DNA of 32,000 nucleotides from Dickeya solani IPO 2222 (GCF_001644705.1 NZ_CP015137.1:3300001-3332000), one strand, 5' to 3'; positions 19,036 through 28,634 are shown, counted from the stretch's first letter. Made by a program: numbers and translations. Notes: a model not told the origin generated them from the letters alone.

Positions 19036-20358
19036 GTGCTAGAACGTTTGTCCTGGAAAAAGCTGGCGCTGGAGCTGGCTTTTTTTTGTTTGCCCGGTCT
19101 GCTGCTGGGGCTGATTATCGGCTATCTGCCCTGGTTTCTGCTGGCGTCGGTACTGGCGGCGCTGTGTTGGAACTTTTATAACCAGCTGCGCCTGTCCTAC
19201 TGGCTGTGGGTTGACCGCAGCATGACCCCGCCGCCCGGCCGCTGGAGCTGGGAGCCGCTATTTTACGGCCTCTATCAGATGCAATTGCGCAACCGCCGAC
19301 GCCGGCGCGAGCTGGCGTTGCTGATCAAACGCTTTCGCAGCGGAGCGGAATCGTTGCCGGATGCGGTGGTGATCACCACCGAAGAGGGCAGCATCATCTG
19401 GTGTAACCGGCTGGCTCAGCACCTGCTCAGCTTTCGCTGGCCGGAAGACAACGGCCAGAATATCCTCAACCTGCTGCGCTACCCGGAGTTCACCCAGTAC
19501 ATGCAACAGCAGGATTTCAGCCGCCCGCTGACGCTGACGTTGAAAAACGCTCACCACGTGGAATTCCGGGTGATGCCCTATTCGGAAGGACAACTGCTGA
19601 TGGTGGCCCGCGATGTGACCCAGATGCACCAACTGGAAGGCGCGCGGCGCAACTTCTTCGCTAACGTCAGCCACGAACTGCGCACGCCGTTGACGGTGTT
19701 GCAGGGCTATCTGGAGATGATGAACGACGAATCGCTGGATGGCGCGTTGCAGTCCAAGGCGTTGCACACCATGCAGGAGCAAACCCGCCGTATGGACGGG
19801 TTGGTGCGGCAATTGCTGACGCTGTCGCGCATCGAAGCCGCCGCCGCCATCGATCTCAACGAGAAGGTGGATATCCCGCTGATGCTGCGGGTGCTTAAGC
19901 GTGAAGCCGATACCCTGAGTCAAGGACGTCACGAGATTGTGTTTCGCGTCAACGAGCAACTGCAGGTGTTCGGCAACGAAGAGCAGTTGCGCAGCGCGGT
20001 GTCGAATCTGGTGTATAACGCCGTCAACCATACGCCGCAGGGCACCCGCATTGAGGTGTGCTGGCAGCAGACGCCGCAGGGCGCGCAGTTCCAGGTCAGC
20101 GATAACGGCCCGGGCATCGCCGCCGAACACCTTCCCCGCCTGACCGAGCGTTTTTATCGCGTCGACAAGGCCCGTTCGCGCCAGACCGGCGGCAGCGGGC
20201 TGGGGCTGGCGATCGTCAAGCATGCGCTCAGCCACCACGACTCCCGGCTGGAGATCCTCAGCGAAGAAGGCGCAGGCTCCCGCTTCATGTTCACGTTGCC
20301 GAACCGGCTGATTGTCCGTTCGGTACTGAGTCAGAACGCGGCGAACCCACAGCTGTGA
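19036..20358 (+). CDS. phoR: phosphate regulon sensor histidine kinase PhoR, 440 aa, GTG start
   Basis: [14 protein letters not shown]..., the charged linker [10 protein letters not shown], a PAS region, the H-box SHELRTPLT, and DNGPGI / [13 protein letters not shown]-binding boxes. It is collinear with E. coli PhoR from memory. Confidence 0.96.
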   Translation: MLERLSWKKLALELAFFCLPGLLLGLIIGYLPWFLLASVLAALCWNFYNQLRLSYWLWVDRSMTPPPGRWSWEPLFYGLYQMQLRNRRRRRELALLIKRFRSGAESLPDAVVITTEEGSIIWCNRLAQHLLSFRWPEDNGQNILNLLRYPEFTQYMQQQDFSRPLTLTLKNAHHVEFRVMPYSEGQLLMVARDVTQMHQLEGARRNFFANVSHELRTPLTVLQGYLEMMNDESLDGALQSKALHTMQEQTRRMDGLVRQLLTLSRIEAAAAIDLNEKVDIPLMLRVLKREADTLSQGRHEIVFRVNEQLQVFGNEEQLRSAVSNLVYNAVNHTPQGTRIEVCWQQTPQGAQFQVSDNGPGIAAEHLPRLTERFYRVDKARSRQTGGSGLGLAIVKHALSHHDSRLEILSEEGAGSRFMFTLPNRLIVRSVLSQNAANPQL

Positions 20359-20363
20359 TGGCG

Positions 20364-20390
20364 GCGGCGGGGCTTGATTGTCCCCGCCGC
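20364..20390 (+). terminator. GC-rich hairpin GCGGCGGGG-N9-CCCCGCCGC just after phoR; no U-tract (possible partial terminator or RNA-stability element)
   Basis: A perfect 9-bp stem begins 6 nt after the phoR stop. It is followed by TGTGCCGAAAAT, not a T-run. Confidence 0.35.
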
Positions 20391-20439
20391 TGTGCCGAAA
20401 ATAGCGTGCTCTTGTCTTTCACTCCGATGGAAACCACAC

Positions 20440-21417
20440 ATGATACCCACCCGCCGCCTGCTTGCCTTGCTGTTGTGCCTGTTCGGTCAGGCTGCCGCCG
20501 CTGCGCCGCCGACGATGCTGGCGGGTAACCTGTCCAGCGCCGGCTCCGACACGCTGGCGAACCTGATGACCTTCTGGGCGGCGGATTTCAGCCAGCATTA
20601 TCCCGGCGTTAACCTGCAGATTCAGGCGGCCGGTTCTTCGTCGGCGCCGACGGCGCTGGCGGCAGGGGCAGCGCAACTGGGGCCGATGAGTCGGCCGATG
20701 AAGAGCAGTGAAATCGAAGCGTTCGAGCAGCATTACGGGTACGCGCCGACGGCGGTGCCGGTGGCGCTGGACGCGCTGGTGGTGCTGGTCAATCAGGACA
20801 ACCCGATTACCGGGCTGACGGTACGCCAGCTTGACGCCATCTTTTCCGTGACGCGCCGCTGCGGCGCCGGGAAAACGGTGCAACGCTGGCAGGAACTGGG
20901 GTTGAACGGCGTCTGGCGAGAACGCGCGTTGCTGCGTTACGGACGTAATTCGGCTTCCGGCACCTACGGTTTTTTCAAACAACAGGCGCTGTGCGGCGGC
21001 GATTTCCTGCCACAGGTCAACGAATTGCCCGGTTCCGCCTCGGTGGTGCAGGCGGTGGCGTCGTCGGTCAACGCCATCGGTTACGCCAGCATCGGTTTTC
21101 GTGCCAGCGGGGTGCGGGTGCTGCCGCTGGCGGCCAGCGACAAGGACGATTACGTGCTGCCGACCGCCGACACCATCCGCAGCGGGCGTTATCCCTATAC
21201 GCGCTATCTCTACATTTACATCAATAAAACGCCCGGGAAACCGCTGGAACCGCTGACCGCCGCGTTTCTGGACCGGGTGCTGTCAGCGCCGGGGCAGGCG
21301 CTGGTCAGCCAGGATGGTTACCTGCCGCTACCGGAAATGACGCGCGAGCAGGCCAGACAACTGCTCGGGCTTGACGATGCGACGCCAGCATCGGATAGCG
21401 ATCCTGCAAAAAACTGA
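20440..21417 (+). CDS. PstS-family periplasmic phosphate-binding protein, orphan (no adjacent pstCAB), 325 aa
   Basis: It has a signal peptide (MIPTRRLLALLLCLFGQAAAAA) and PBP-like-2 / PstS-type blocks (SSAGSDTL, GSSSAPTAL, RNSASGTYGFF, GYASIGF). No permease or ATPase genes follow. The track start at 20374 is an extension. Confidence 0.8.
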   Translation: MIPTRRLLALLLCLFGQAAAAAPPTMLAGNLSSAGSDTLANLMTFWAADFSQHYPGVNLQIQAAGSSSAPTALAAGAAQLGPMSRPMKSSEIEAFEQHYGYAPTAVPVALDALVVLVNQDNPITGLTVRQLDAIFSVTRRCGAGKTVQRWQELGLNGVWRERALLRYGRNSASGTYGFFKQQALCGGDFLPQVNELPGSASVVQAVASSVNAIGYASIGFRASGVRVLPLAASDKDDYVLPTADTIRSGRYPYTRYLYIYINKTPGKPLEPLTAAFLDRVLSAPGQALVSQDGYLPLPEMTREQARQLLGLDDATPASDSDPAKN

Positions 21418-21434
21418 TGAGCAACATGAATTTA

Positions 21435-21451
21435 TTTCACGTGTCGTGAAA
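21435..21451 (+). terminator. AT-rich hairpin TTTCACG-TGT-CGTGAAA after the PstS-like gene
   Basis: A perfect 7-bp stem lies 18 nt after the stop. The following ATTCTTCC is only a weak U-tract. Confidence 0.35.
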
Positions 21452-21501
21452 ATTCTTCCATTGTCGTTGAGAACAACGCGTGACAGGATAGCTTCACTTT
21501 C

Positions 21502-21517
21502 AGCCGTCTGGATGGCT
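21502..21517 (+). promoter_or_regulatory. possible MetJ operator (two tandem met boxes)
   Basis: AGCCGTCT GGATGGCT matches the tandem consensus AGACGTCT AGACGTCT at 7/8 + 5/8 positions. It lies ~120 bp upstream of the MetE-like ATG at 21638 and abuts TATAAA (21517-21522). This is a match by eye only. Confidence 0.3.
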
Positions 21518-21637
21518 ATAAAGTTCAGCGGTGTAACTATTTCCCCTGAAAACCAATCCATCTAAAAGCTAATTCATCTGAAAACCAACCGCCTGAAATC
21601 AGGCTGTTTCGTGTCAGTTGAAGTGCAGGAGCTAAAT

Positions 21638-22744
21638 ATGACACAAGCCCTTCCTCCGTTCCGTGCCGATGTGGTCGGCAGTTTGTTGCGTCCGGCTGCC
21701 ATCAAGCAGGCGCGTTTGCAGTTTCAGGCCGGTGAGATTGATGCGGCCGCGTTGCGCCGCGTCGAAGATCAGGAAATTCAGCGTGCGGTGGAATTGCAGC
21801 GCGCGGCGGGTCTGCAACTGGTGACCGACGGCGAGTTTCGCCGTGCCTGGTGGCACTTTGACTTTTTTGACAGCCTGAATGGCGTGGAACGTTATGAAGC
21901 GGAGCAGGGCATCCAGTTCAACGGCGTGCAGACCAAAGCCCGTGGTGTAAAAGTGACCGGCAAGGTCAGCTTTAATCCGCAGCACCCGATGCTGGAGGAT
22001 TTCCGTTTCCTCAAAAGCGTGGCCGGCGACGCCGTAGCCAAGATGACTATCCCCAGCCCGAGCGTGCTGCATTTCCGCGGCGGCCGTAGCGTAATCGACA
22101 GTACCGTATATCCGGATCTGGCCGACTACTTCGACGATCTGGCGCAAACCTGGCGTGATGCCATCCATGCGTTCTATGAAGCGGGCTGCCGTTATCTGCA
22201 ACTGGACGATACGGTGTGGGCGTATCTGTGCTCCGAAGACCAGAAGCGCCAGATCCGCGAACGCGGCGATGATCCGGATTATCTGCGTCGCACCTATGCG
22301 CAGGTGCTGAACAAAGCGCTGGAAGGCAAGCCGGCCGATCTGGTGGTGGGCCTGCATGTTTGCCGCGGCAACTTCCGTTCCACCTGGATTTCCGAAGGCG
22401 GCTATGGGCCGGTGGCGGAAACCCTGTTTGGCGACGTGAAGGTGGACGCGTTCTTCCTCGAATATGATACCGAGCGGGCGGGCGGGTTCGAACCGTTGCG
22501 TTTCATCAAGCCGGGTCACCAGAAAGTGGTGCTGGGCCTGATTACCACCAAAACCGGGGCACTGGAAAAAGCGGACGACGTGCAGAAGCGCATTGCTGAA
22601 GCGACGCAATATATTGCGCTGGACCAGCTGTGCTTAAGCCCGCAGTGCGGCTTTGCTTCTACCGAAGAGGGCAACACGCTGTCGGAAGAGCAGCAGTGGG
22701 CCAAACTGAAGCTGGTGGTGGATATCGCCAAACGCGTCTGGTAA
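21638..22744 (+). CDS. MetE C-terminal-domain-like protein (cobalamin-independent methionine synthase family II), 368 aa
   Basis: MTQALPPFRADVVGSLLRP..., with EFRRAWWHFDFF, the Zn-ligand positions LHVCRGN / FLEYD / SPQCGF, and EEQQWAKL. AGGAG lies 7 nt upstream of the ATG at 21638. The track start at 21611 (GTG) is an extension. Confidence 0.88.
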   Translation: MTQALPPFRADVVGSLLRPAAIKQARLQFQAGEIDAAALRRVEDQEIQRAVELQRAAGLQLVTDGEFRRAWWHFDFFDSLNGVERYEAEQGIQFNGVQTKARGVKVTGKVSFNPQHPMLEDFRFLKSVAGDAVAKMTIPSPSVLHFRGGRSVIDSTVYPDLADYFDDLAQTWRDAIHAFYEAGCRYLQLDDTVWAYLCSEDQKRQIRERGDDPDYLRRTYAQVLNKALEGKPADLVVGLHVCRGNFRSTWISEGGYGPVAETLFGDVKVDAFFLEYDTERAGGFEPLRFIKPGHQKVVLGLITTKTGALEKADDVQKRIAEATQYIALDQLCLSPQCGFASTEEGNTLSEEQQWAKLKLVVDIAKRVW

Positions 22745-22778
22745 CCACGGACGCGGCAAACCACTATGCTTTTTTTAT

Positions 22779-22808
22779 AACGCCGGTGCGTATTACCGGC
22801 GTTTTTTA
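22779..22808 (+). terminator. rho-independent terminator of the MetE-like gene
   Basis: AACGCCGGT-GCGTATT-ACCGGCGTT is a 9-bp perfect stem followed immediately by TTTTTAT. Confidence 0.85.
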
Positions 22809-23155
22809 TTTCTATAAGTTTTTAATATGGATAATTATTGCTAGTTGTCGTAATTTTGAGCTGATTTTTCGCGCTGCAAACTGTTTTAATGCACAAATCA
22901 TGTATAGCCTGCTCGTGAAAAGATAAATAGAGATGCTGTATTTTTACAAAATATCAGATTAATGTTCTGGTTTACCGATCGCGTATTGCCTTTTATTGCT
23001 ATAAACGTTTTACTTAGCCCCCATTAACGCTGTGCAATAAAACCTCACATCCATAATCCTGCACATCGCATGGACGTCTCGCTTCTCGCGTGCGCCGCTT
23101 TAGCGCCCGGTTTCTGCCGGCAACACCATTTTTACAGGCAACAACAACATACATG

Positions 23156-24475
23156 ATGAGTCATCGTTTAACTTCCAAAGATATCGTGGCATTGGGTTTC
23201 ATGACCTTTGCCCTGTTTGTCGGTGCCGGAAATATCATTTTCCCGCCGATGGTCGGTCAGCAGGCCGGTGAACACGTGTGGGTCGCCGCGCTCGGTTTCC
23301 TGATTACTGCGGTAGGCTTACCGGTGCTGACGGTGATCGCGCTGGCCCGCGTGGGCGGCGGCATTGATACGCTGAGTAGCCCGATCGGCAAGAAAGCCGG
23401 CGTGCTGCTGGCGACGGTCTGCTATCTGGCGGTCGGGCCGCTGTTCGCCACGCCGCGCACCGCCACGGTATCGTTCGAAGTCGGGATCGCGCCGCTGGTG
23501 GGCGAAGGCGCATCGCCGTTGTTGATTTACAGCCTGATTTACTTCGCCATTGTGATCGCGATTTCGCTCTATCCCGGCCGTTTGCTGGATACCGTTGGGC
23601 ATATTCTGGCGCCGGTGAAAATCATCGCGCTGACCGTGCTGGGCATCGCGGCGTTGCTATGGCCGGCCGGCGCGCCGGCGCCGACCGCCGAAGCGTATCA
23701 GCAGGTGCCGTTCTCCAGCGGTTTCGTCAACGGTTACCTGACCATGGACACGTTGGGTGCGATGGTGTTCGGCATTGTGATTGTCAACGCCGCCCGTTCA
23801 CGCGGCATCAATGATGCGGCGCTGTTGACTCGCTACACCATTCTGGCTGGGCTGATCGCCGGTCTGGGGCTGACGCTGGTGTACCTGAGCCTGTTCCACC
23901 TCGGTTCTTTCAGCGGTTCGCTGGTGCCGAATGCGCAGAATGGCGCTGAGATCCTGCACGCTTATGTGCAGTACACCTTCGGTAATATGGGCAGCAGCTT
24001 CCTGGCGTTGCTGATTTTTATCGCCTGTATGGTGACCGCGGTAGGGCTGACCTGCGCCTGTGCCGAATTCTTTGCTCAGTACCTGCCGTTGTCCTACCGT
24101 ACGCTGGTGTTTGTACTGGGTCTGTTCTCGATGGTGGTGTCCAATCTGGGGCTGAGCCACCTGATTCAGCTGTCGGTGCCGGTGCTGACCGCCATCTATC
24201 CGCCGTGTATTGTCCTGGTGCTGTTGAGTTTCACCTGCCGCTGGTGGAGTAACAGCACCCATGTCATCGCGCCGGTGATGCTGGTCAGCCTGCTGTTCGG
24301 TCTGGTTGACGGCATCAAGTCGTCCGCTTTTCAGCCGTTGCTGCCGGGCTGGATGCAGAGTCTGCCGATGAGCGAGCAAGGATTGGCCTGGCTGCCGCCG
24401 TCGCTGATCATTCTGCTGGTGGTGGCGATTTATGACCGCATCACCGGTCGTCAGGAAGTCACCGCACATTCCTGA
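23156..24475 (+). CDS. brnQ: branched-chain amino acid transport system II carrier BrnQ, 439 aa
   Basis: [34 protein letters not shown] is collinear with E. coli BrnQ (439 aa, from memory). There are tandem ATGs at 23153 and 23156, so the exact start is ambiguous. The track start at 23090 is an extension. Confidence 0.92.
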   Translation: MSHRLTSKDIVALGFMTFALFVGAGNIIFPPMVGQQAGEHVWVAALGFLITAVGLPVLTVIALARVGGGIDTLSSPIGKKAGVLLATVCYLAVGPLFATPRTATVSFEVGIAPLVGEGASPLLIYSLIYFAIVIAISLYPGRLLDTVGHILAPVKIIALTVLGIAALLWPAGAPAPTAEAYQQVPFSSGFVNGYLTMDTLGAMVFGIVIVNAARSRGINDAALLTRYTILAGLIAGLGLTLVYLSLFHLGSFSGSLVPNAQNGAEILHAYVQYTFGNMGSSFLALLIFIACMVTAVGLTCACAEFFAQYLPLSYRTLVFVLGLFSMVVSNLGLSHLIQLSVPVLTAIYPPCIVLVLLSFTCRWWSNSTHVIAPVMLVSLLFGLVDGIKSSAFQPLLPGWMQSLPMSEQGLAWLPPSLIILLVVAIYDRITGRQEVTAHS

Positions 24476-24498
24476 GTACGGTTTGACTGATGTTTTTC

Positions 24499-24525
24499 AC
24501 CACAGGCATTTGCCTGTGGTTTTTT
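24499..24525 (+). terminator. rho-independent terminator of brnQ
   Basis: ACCACAGGC-ATTT-GCCTGTGGT is a 9-bp stem followed by TTTTT (24521-24525). Confidence 0.85.
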
Positions 24526-24551
24526 CGTTTGTAAAGACAGGGTTGCTCATT

Positions 24552-24593
24552 TATGGAACAACAATCCAAACCTATGGAACAACAATCCAGACT
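24552..24593 (+). repeat. 21-bp tandem duplication (2 units, 19/21 identical) spanning the proY start codon
   Basis: TATGGAACAACAATCCAAACC (24552-24572) and TATGGAACAACAATCCAGACT (24573-24593). These give [14 protein letters not shown] and two in-frame ATGs at 24553 and 24574. Confidence 0.95.
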
Positions 24594-25926
24594 CAAGCGC
24601 GGCTTAAGTACGCGGCATATTCGTTTTATCGCGCTGGGCTCCGCCATCGGCACCGGGCTGTTTTATGGTTCGGCCAGCGCCATCCAGATGGCGGGCCCCA
24701 GCGTGTTGCTGGCGTATCTGATTGGCGGCGTGTTCGCCTATATCATTATGCGCGCGCTGGGCGAGATGTCCGTCAACAACCCGCAGGCCAGTTCCTTTTC
24801 CCGCTACGCTCGCGATTACCTCGGCCCGCTGGCCGGCTACATCACCGGCTGGACCTACTGCTTTGAAATGCTGATAGTGGCGATTGCCGACGTTACCGCC
24901 TTCGGCATCTATATGGGCGTTTGGTTTCCGGCGGTGCCGCATTGGATCTGGGTGTTGAGCGTGGTGCTGATCATCGGCGCCATCAACCTGATGAACGTTA
25001 AGGTGTTCGGCGAGCTGGAGTTCTGGCTGTCGTTCTTCAAGGTCGCCACCATTGTGGTGATGATCGTGGCCGGCATCGGCATCATTGTCTGGGGGATCGG
25101 CAACGGCGGCGAGCCTACCGGCATCCATAATTTGTGGACCAACGGCGGTTTCTTCAGCAACGGCGTGATGGGGATGATTCTGTCGTTGCAGATGGTGATG
25201 TTTGCGTATGGCGGCGTGGAGATTATCGGCATCACCGCCGGCGAAGCCAACGATCCGCATAAATCCATTCCGCGCGCCATCAACTCGGTGCCCTGGCGTA
25301 TTCTGGTGTTCTATGTCGGCACCCTGTTCGTGATCATGTCGATTTATCCGTGGAATCAGGTAGGGACCAGCGGCAGCCCGTTCGTACTAACCTTCCAGCA
25401 CATGGGCATCACGGCGGCGGCCGGTATCCTTAATTTCGTGGTGATTACCGCTTCGCTCTCCGCCATCAACAGCGATGTGTTCGGCGTCGGCCGCATGTTG
25501 CACGGCATGGCGGAGCAGGGGCATGCGCCGCAGGTGTTCAGCCGCCTGTCACGGCGTGGCACGCCCTGGGTCACGGTGGTGGTAATGGTGCTGGCGCTGC
25601 TGGTGGCGGTGTACCTCAACTACATCATGCCGGAGAAAGTGTTTCTGGTGATCGCCTCACTGGCGACCTTCGCCACCGTATGGGTGTGGATCATGATTCT
25701 GTGCTCGCAGGTTGCCTTTCGCCGCAAACTGAGCCGCGAGCAGGCCAAAGCACTGGCGTTTCCGTTGCCGGGCGGGGCGGCGACTGCGGTGGTCGGCATC
25801 GTGTTCCTGGTGTTTATCATCGGCCTGATTGGTTACTTCCCGGATACGCGCATTGCGCTGTACGCCGGCATGGTGTGGATTGCACTGCTGCTGGCGAGTT
25901 ATGCGCTTCGTCGGCGCCGTAGCTGA
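24553..25926 (+). CDS. proY: amino-acid permease ProY (APC family; cryptic proline transporter homolog), 457 aa (450 aa if started at 24574)
   Basis: ...[46 protein letters not shown]... is collinear with E. coli ProY from memory. The E. coli N-terminus MESKNKLKRGLS aligns length-for-length with the second ATG (24574, [12 protein letters not shown]). Confidence 0.92.
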   Translation: MEQQSKPMEQQSRLKRGLSTRHIRFIALGSAIGTGLFYGSASAIQMAGPSVLLAYLIGGVFAYIIMRALGEMSVNNPQASSFSRYARDYLGPLAGYITGWTYCFEMLIVAIADVTAFGIYMGVWFPAVPHWIWVLSVVLIIGAINLMNVKVFGELEFWLSFFKVATIVVMIVAGIGIIVWGIGNGGEPTGIHNLWTNGGFFSNGVMGMILSLQMVMFAYGGVEIIGITAGEANDPHKSIPRAINSVPWRILVFYVGTLFVIMSIYPWNQVGTSGSPFVLTFQHMGITAAAGILNFVVITASLSAINSDVFGVGRMLHGMAEQGHAPQVFSRLSRRGTPWVTVVVMVLALLVAVYLNYIMPEKVFLVIASLATFATVWVWIMILCSQVAFRRKLSREQAKALAFPLPGGAATAVVGIVFLVFIIGLIGYFPDTRIALYAGMVWIALLLASYALRRRRS

Positions 25927-25965
25927 GCATTCTGACCTGTATTGCCCGTCACCGGATGGCGGGCA

Positions 25966-25995
25966 TAAAAAAGCCAGCGGGCGAAGCCGCTGGCT
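25966..25995 (-). terminator. rho-independent terminator of the peroxiredoxin gene (minus strand)
   Basis: AGCCAGCGG-GCGAAG-CCGCTGGCT (25972-25995) is a 9-bp stem. The A-run at 25967-25972 on the + strand gives a U-tract after the hairpin on the minus strand. It lies 24 nt past the stop at 26020. Confidence 0.75.
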
Positions 25996-26019
25996 GATCA
26001 CTGATACCGGATATGCCGA

Positions 26020-26622
26020 TTACAGATTGCTGGCGTTTTCTTTCAGGTATTTTGCGACGCCGTCCGGAGACGCGCCCATGCCCGCTTTGCCTTTTTCCCA
26101 CTGAGCCGGGCACACTTCGCCGTGCTCTTCGTGGAACTGCAGCGCGTCAACCATACGCACCATTTCATCGATGTTACGACCCAGCGGCAGATCGTTCACC
26201 ACCTGGTGACGCACGATGCCGTTTTTGTCGATCAGGAAAGAACCACGCAGCGCCACGCCGGCTTCCGGGTGTTCGATGCCGTAGGCTTTCTGGATTTCGC
26301 GTTTAACGTCAGCGACCATCGCGTATTTCACTTCGCCGATACCGCCGTTTTCGACCGGGGTTTTACGCCAGGCGTTGTGCACGAATTCGGAGTCAAAAGA
26401 CACACCAACCACTTCAACGCCACGCTTCTTGAACTCTTCGTAGCGATGATCGAACGCGATCAGTTCGGACGGGCATACGAAGGTGAAGTCCATCGGCCAA
26501 AAGAAGATCACAGCCGGTTTACCGTTGATGTGTTTTTTCAGATTGAAATTCTCAACGATTTCCCCACTTCCCAGTACGGCAGCGGCAGTGAAGTCGGGGG
26601 CAGGACGAGTTACCAGGACCAT
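26020..26622 (-). CDS. ahpC: typical 2-Cys peroxiredoxin (AhpC/Prx1 subfamily), 200 aa, no adjacent ahpF
   Basis: It has the peroxidatic Cys motif DFTFVCPSE and the resolving Cys motif GEVCPAQW. The 200-aa form resembles the thioredoxin-dependent AhpC/TsaA type rather than the 187-aa E. coli AhpC. Confidence 0.9.
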   Translation of the reverse strand: MVLVTRPAPDFTAAAVLGSGEIVENFNLKKHINGKPAVIFFWPMDFTFVCPSELIAFDHRYEEFKKRGVEVVGVSFDSEFVHNAWRKTPVENGGIGEVKYAMVADVKREIQKAYGIEHPEAGVALRGSFLIDKNGIVRHQVVNDLPLGRNIDEMVRMVDALQFHEEHGEVCPAQWEKGKAGMGASPDGVAKYLKENASNL

Positions 26623-26725
26623 AATTACTCCTGTAAATAGCTGTTAATGATAGGTGAATGTAATAAACGCCGTAAGTATAGGTACAGCCTGCCAGTGAAT
26701 AAAGCGAAAGCGACCAATCAATAAG

Positions 26726-26762
26726 ATAGCTTTTGTCTATCGAATCAATTGATAATTCTTTT
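26726..26762. promoter_or_regulatory. OxyR-like binding site upstream of the peroxiredoxin gene
   Basis: ATAGcTtttgtCTAT-cgaatca-ATtGaTaattctTtT was compared with ATAGnTnnnAnCTAT-N7-ATAGnTnnnAnCTAT. The first half matches 9/10 specified positions and the second 6/10. It lies 104-140 bp upstream of the ATG at 26622. This is a match by eye only. Confidence 0.4.
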
Positions 26763-26800
26763 CACTGACAGATGAACAGCCTGGCGTGCTGCTCCTCGTT

Positions 26801-27406
26801 TTACCGTGCGGCGTCAGCCGGGCCATCAAGCTGACCTGTTTTTGCCAGATGCATCATACGAGGATAGAACTGCCAGAATAATGTTTCAAATTGATGGTAG
26901 TGACGCTCAATATCGCCGAACGAACCGGAAAGCGCCGCCAGCTTCGGCCGGCGTACCGACATACGGTGCAGCACGTCGGCGATAAACGGCAGTTCGGCGT
27001 AGCGTTCCAGCCAGCGTTCCGGCCACAGATAATGATTCAGGTTGCGAAAGCGCTCCGGGCTGTCGGCAAGGTAGGGCGCGATCTGCTGCTCAGCGTCGGC
27101 GACGAAGCGCGTCAGCGGTATCGCCGGTTCTAGCTCCGGCCAGTTGCGCGCCAGAAAATGGTCCCACAGCACATCCAGCGAGATCGGCGCGACCCGGCGA
27201 TAGTCAGCGCTGAAATGGCGGCAGGCGGTGCGCACTTCCGGCAGGCTGTCGGTCAACACATCGATGCGACGGTGCAGACGGATACCGGCGACGATTTCAG
27301 GCGGGTACAGACTGTCGGGGTTGCCGCGCACGAAATCCGCCATCAGGTTTCCGGTCAACGAGCTTTGCGCCAGCGTGGCGAGATGCAGATGCGCAAGAAA
27401 ATTCAT
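26801..27406 (-). CDS. acpH: acyl carrier protein phosphodiesterase AcpH, 201 aa
   Basis: The N-terminus [10 protein letters not shown]...[10 protein letters not shown] matches E. coli AcpH (YajB). The synteny upstream of queA is conserved. Confidence 0.9.
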   Translation of the reverse strand: MNFLAHLHLATLAQSSLTGNLMADFVRGNPDSLYPPEIVAGIRLHRRIDVLTDSLPEVRTACRHFSADYRRVAPISLDVLWDHFLARNWPELEPAIPLTRFVADAEQQIAPYLADSPERFRNLNHYLWPERWLERYAELPFIADVLHRMSVRRPKLAALSGSFGDIERHYHQFETLFWQFYPRMMHLAKTGQLDGPADAAR

Positions 27407-27566
27407 GGCGTCGGAGCGGTCTCTGTAAGATGAAGCGGCGTAATCAATGTCGCAAGTATAGAGGAAGGCGACGCCCTGTCCCGCTTATTTCTTGCAGCTA
27501 GTCCCGACGGGCTCTAGACTAGGCCGCTTCTTTTGTTCCACTGTGCCGAAAATTAAGTGAATGGTC

Positions 27567-28634
27567 ATGCGTGTTGCCGATTTTTCGTTTGAATTGCCTG
27601 AGTCTCTGATTGCCCGTTATCCGCAGGCAAAACGCAGCGGTTGCCGTCTGTTGTCGCTGGATGGCCCCACAGGCGCACTCGCGCACGGCGTCTTTACCGA
27701 TCTGCTCGATAAATTACAGCCGGGCGATCTGCTGGTGTTCAACAATACCCGGGTGATTCCGGCGCGCCTGTTCGGACGTAAGGCCAGCGGCGGCAAGCTG
27801 GAAGTGCTGGTGGAAAGAATGCTGGATGAGCATCGTGTGCTGGCGCATGTGCGCGCATCCAAGGCGCCGAAGCCCGGTACCGAACTGCTGCTCGGCGAAG
27901 ACGAGAGCGTGAAAGCCACCATGCTGGAACGCCATGACGCGCTGTTCGAAATCCGGTTTGACGATACGCGCGATGTGCTGACCATTCTCAATGACATCGG
28001 GCATATGCCGCTGCCGCCTTATATTGATCGTCCGGATGAAGCGGCGGACCGCGAATTGTACCAGACGGTGTATAGCCAGCGCCCCGGCGCGGTGGCGGCG
28101 CCGACCGCCGGTTTGCATTTCGACGAGCCGCTGCTGGCCGCGTTGAAGGAAAAAGGCGTGGAAATGGCCTTCGTTACCCTGCATGTCGGCGCCGGCACAT
28201 TCCAGCCGGTGCGGGTGGAGTCCATCGAAGATCACATCATGCACGCCGAGTATGCCGAGGTGCCGCAGGCGGTAGTGGATGCGGTGCTGGCCTGTAAGGC
28301 GCGCGGCAATCGCGTTATTGCGGTCGGCACGACCTCGGTACGTTCGCTGGAAAGTGCGGCTCAGGCCAGTACCGGAGAGGTTATCGCGCCGTTTTTCGGC
28401 GATACCCGTATCTTTATCTATCCCGGTTATCACTACCGGGTGGTGGATGCGTTGGTGACCAATTTCCACCTGCCGGAATCGACGCTGATTATGCTGGTTT
28501 CCGCATTCGCCGGTTACCGCCACACCATGACCGCCTACCAGCAGGCGGTGGCTGAGCAGTACCGCTTTTTCAGTTACGGAGATGCGATGTTCATCACCCG
28601 TAATCCGTCGGCGGAACAGGAGCAGGTGGGGTAG
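27567..28634 (+). CDS. queA: S-adenosylmethionine:tRNA ribosyltransferase-isomerase QueA, 355 aa
   Basis: [19 protein letters not shown]...[21 protein letters not shown]...[19 protein letters not shown] is collinear with E. coli QueA. The track start at 27561 adds two residues (MV). Confidence 0.95.
   Translation: MRVADFSFELPESLIARYPQAKRSGCRLLSLDGPTGALAHGVFTDLLDKLQPGDLLVFNNTRVIPARLFGRKASGGKLEVLVERMLDEHRVLAHVRASKAPKPGTELLLGEDESVKATMLERHDALFEIRFDDTRDVLTILNDIGHMPLPPYIDRPDEAADRELYQTVYSQRPGAVAAPTAGLHFDEPLLAALKEKGVEMAFVTLHVGAGTFQPVRVESIEDHIMHAEYAEVPQAVVDAVLACKARGNRVIAVGTTSVRSLESAAQASTGEVIAPFFGDTRIFIYPGYHYRVVDALVTNFHLPESTLIMLVSAFAGYRHTMTAYQQAVAEQYRFFSYGDAMFITRNPSAEQEQVG

Noticed and set aside
19258-20238. 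326-aa minus-strand ORF
   Set aside because: It is an antisense shadow ORF inside phoR. The same reasoning applies to 21632..22609 (antisense to the MetE-like gene), 5901..6845 (antisense to ansB), 12365..12982 (mak), 27714..28523 (queA), 24604..25260 (proY), 23798..24469 (brnQ), and 16841..17665 and 16137..16748 (sbcD/sbcC).
21417-21449. 10-codon ORF MSNMNLFHVS overlapping the PstS-like stop (TGATG)
   Set aside because: It is too short, has no SD, and its 3' half is simply one arm of the hairpin at 21435-21451. This is most likely coincidental.
22900-22926. Mini-ORF MYSLLVKR in the AT-rich brnQ upstream region, as a possible branched-chain amino-acid leader peptide
   Set aside because: It has no Shine-Dalgarno. 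It has only two Leu and one Val, with no run of regulatory codons. I could not find an adjacent alternative terminator/antiterminator structure.
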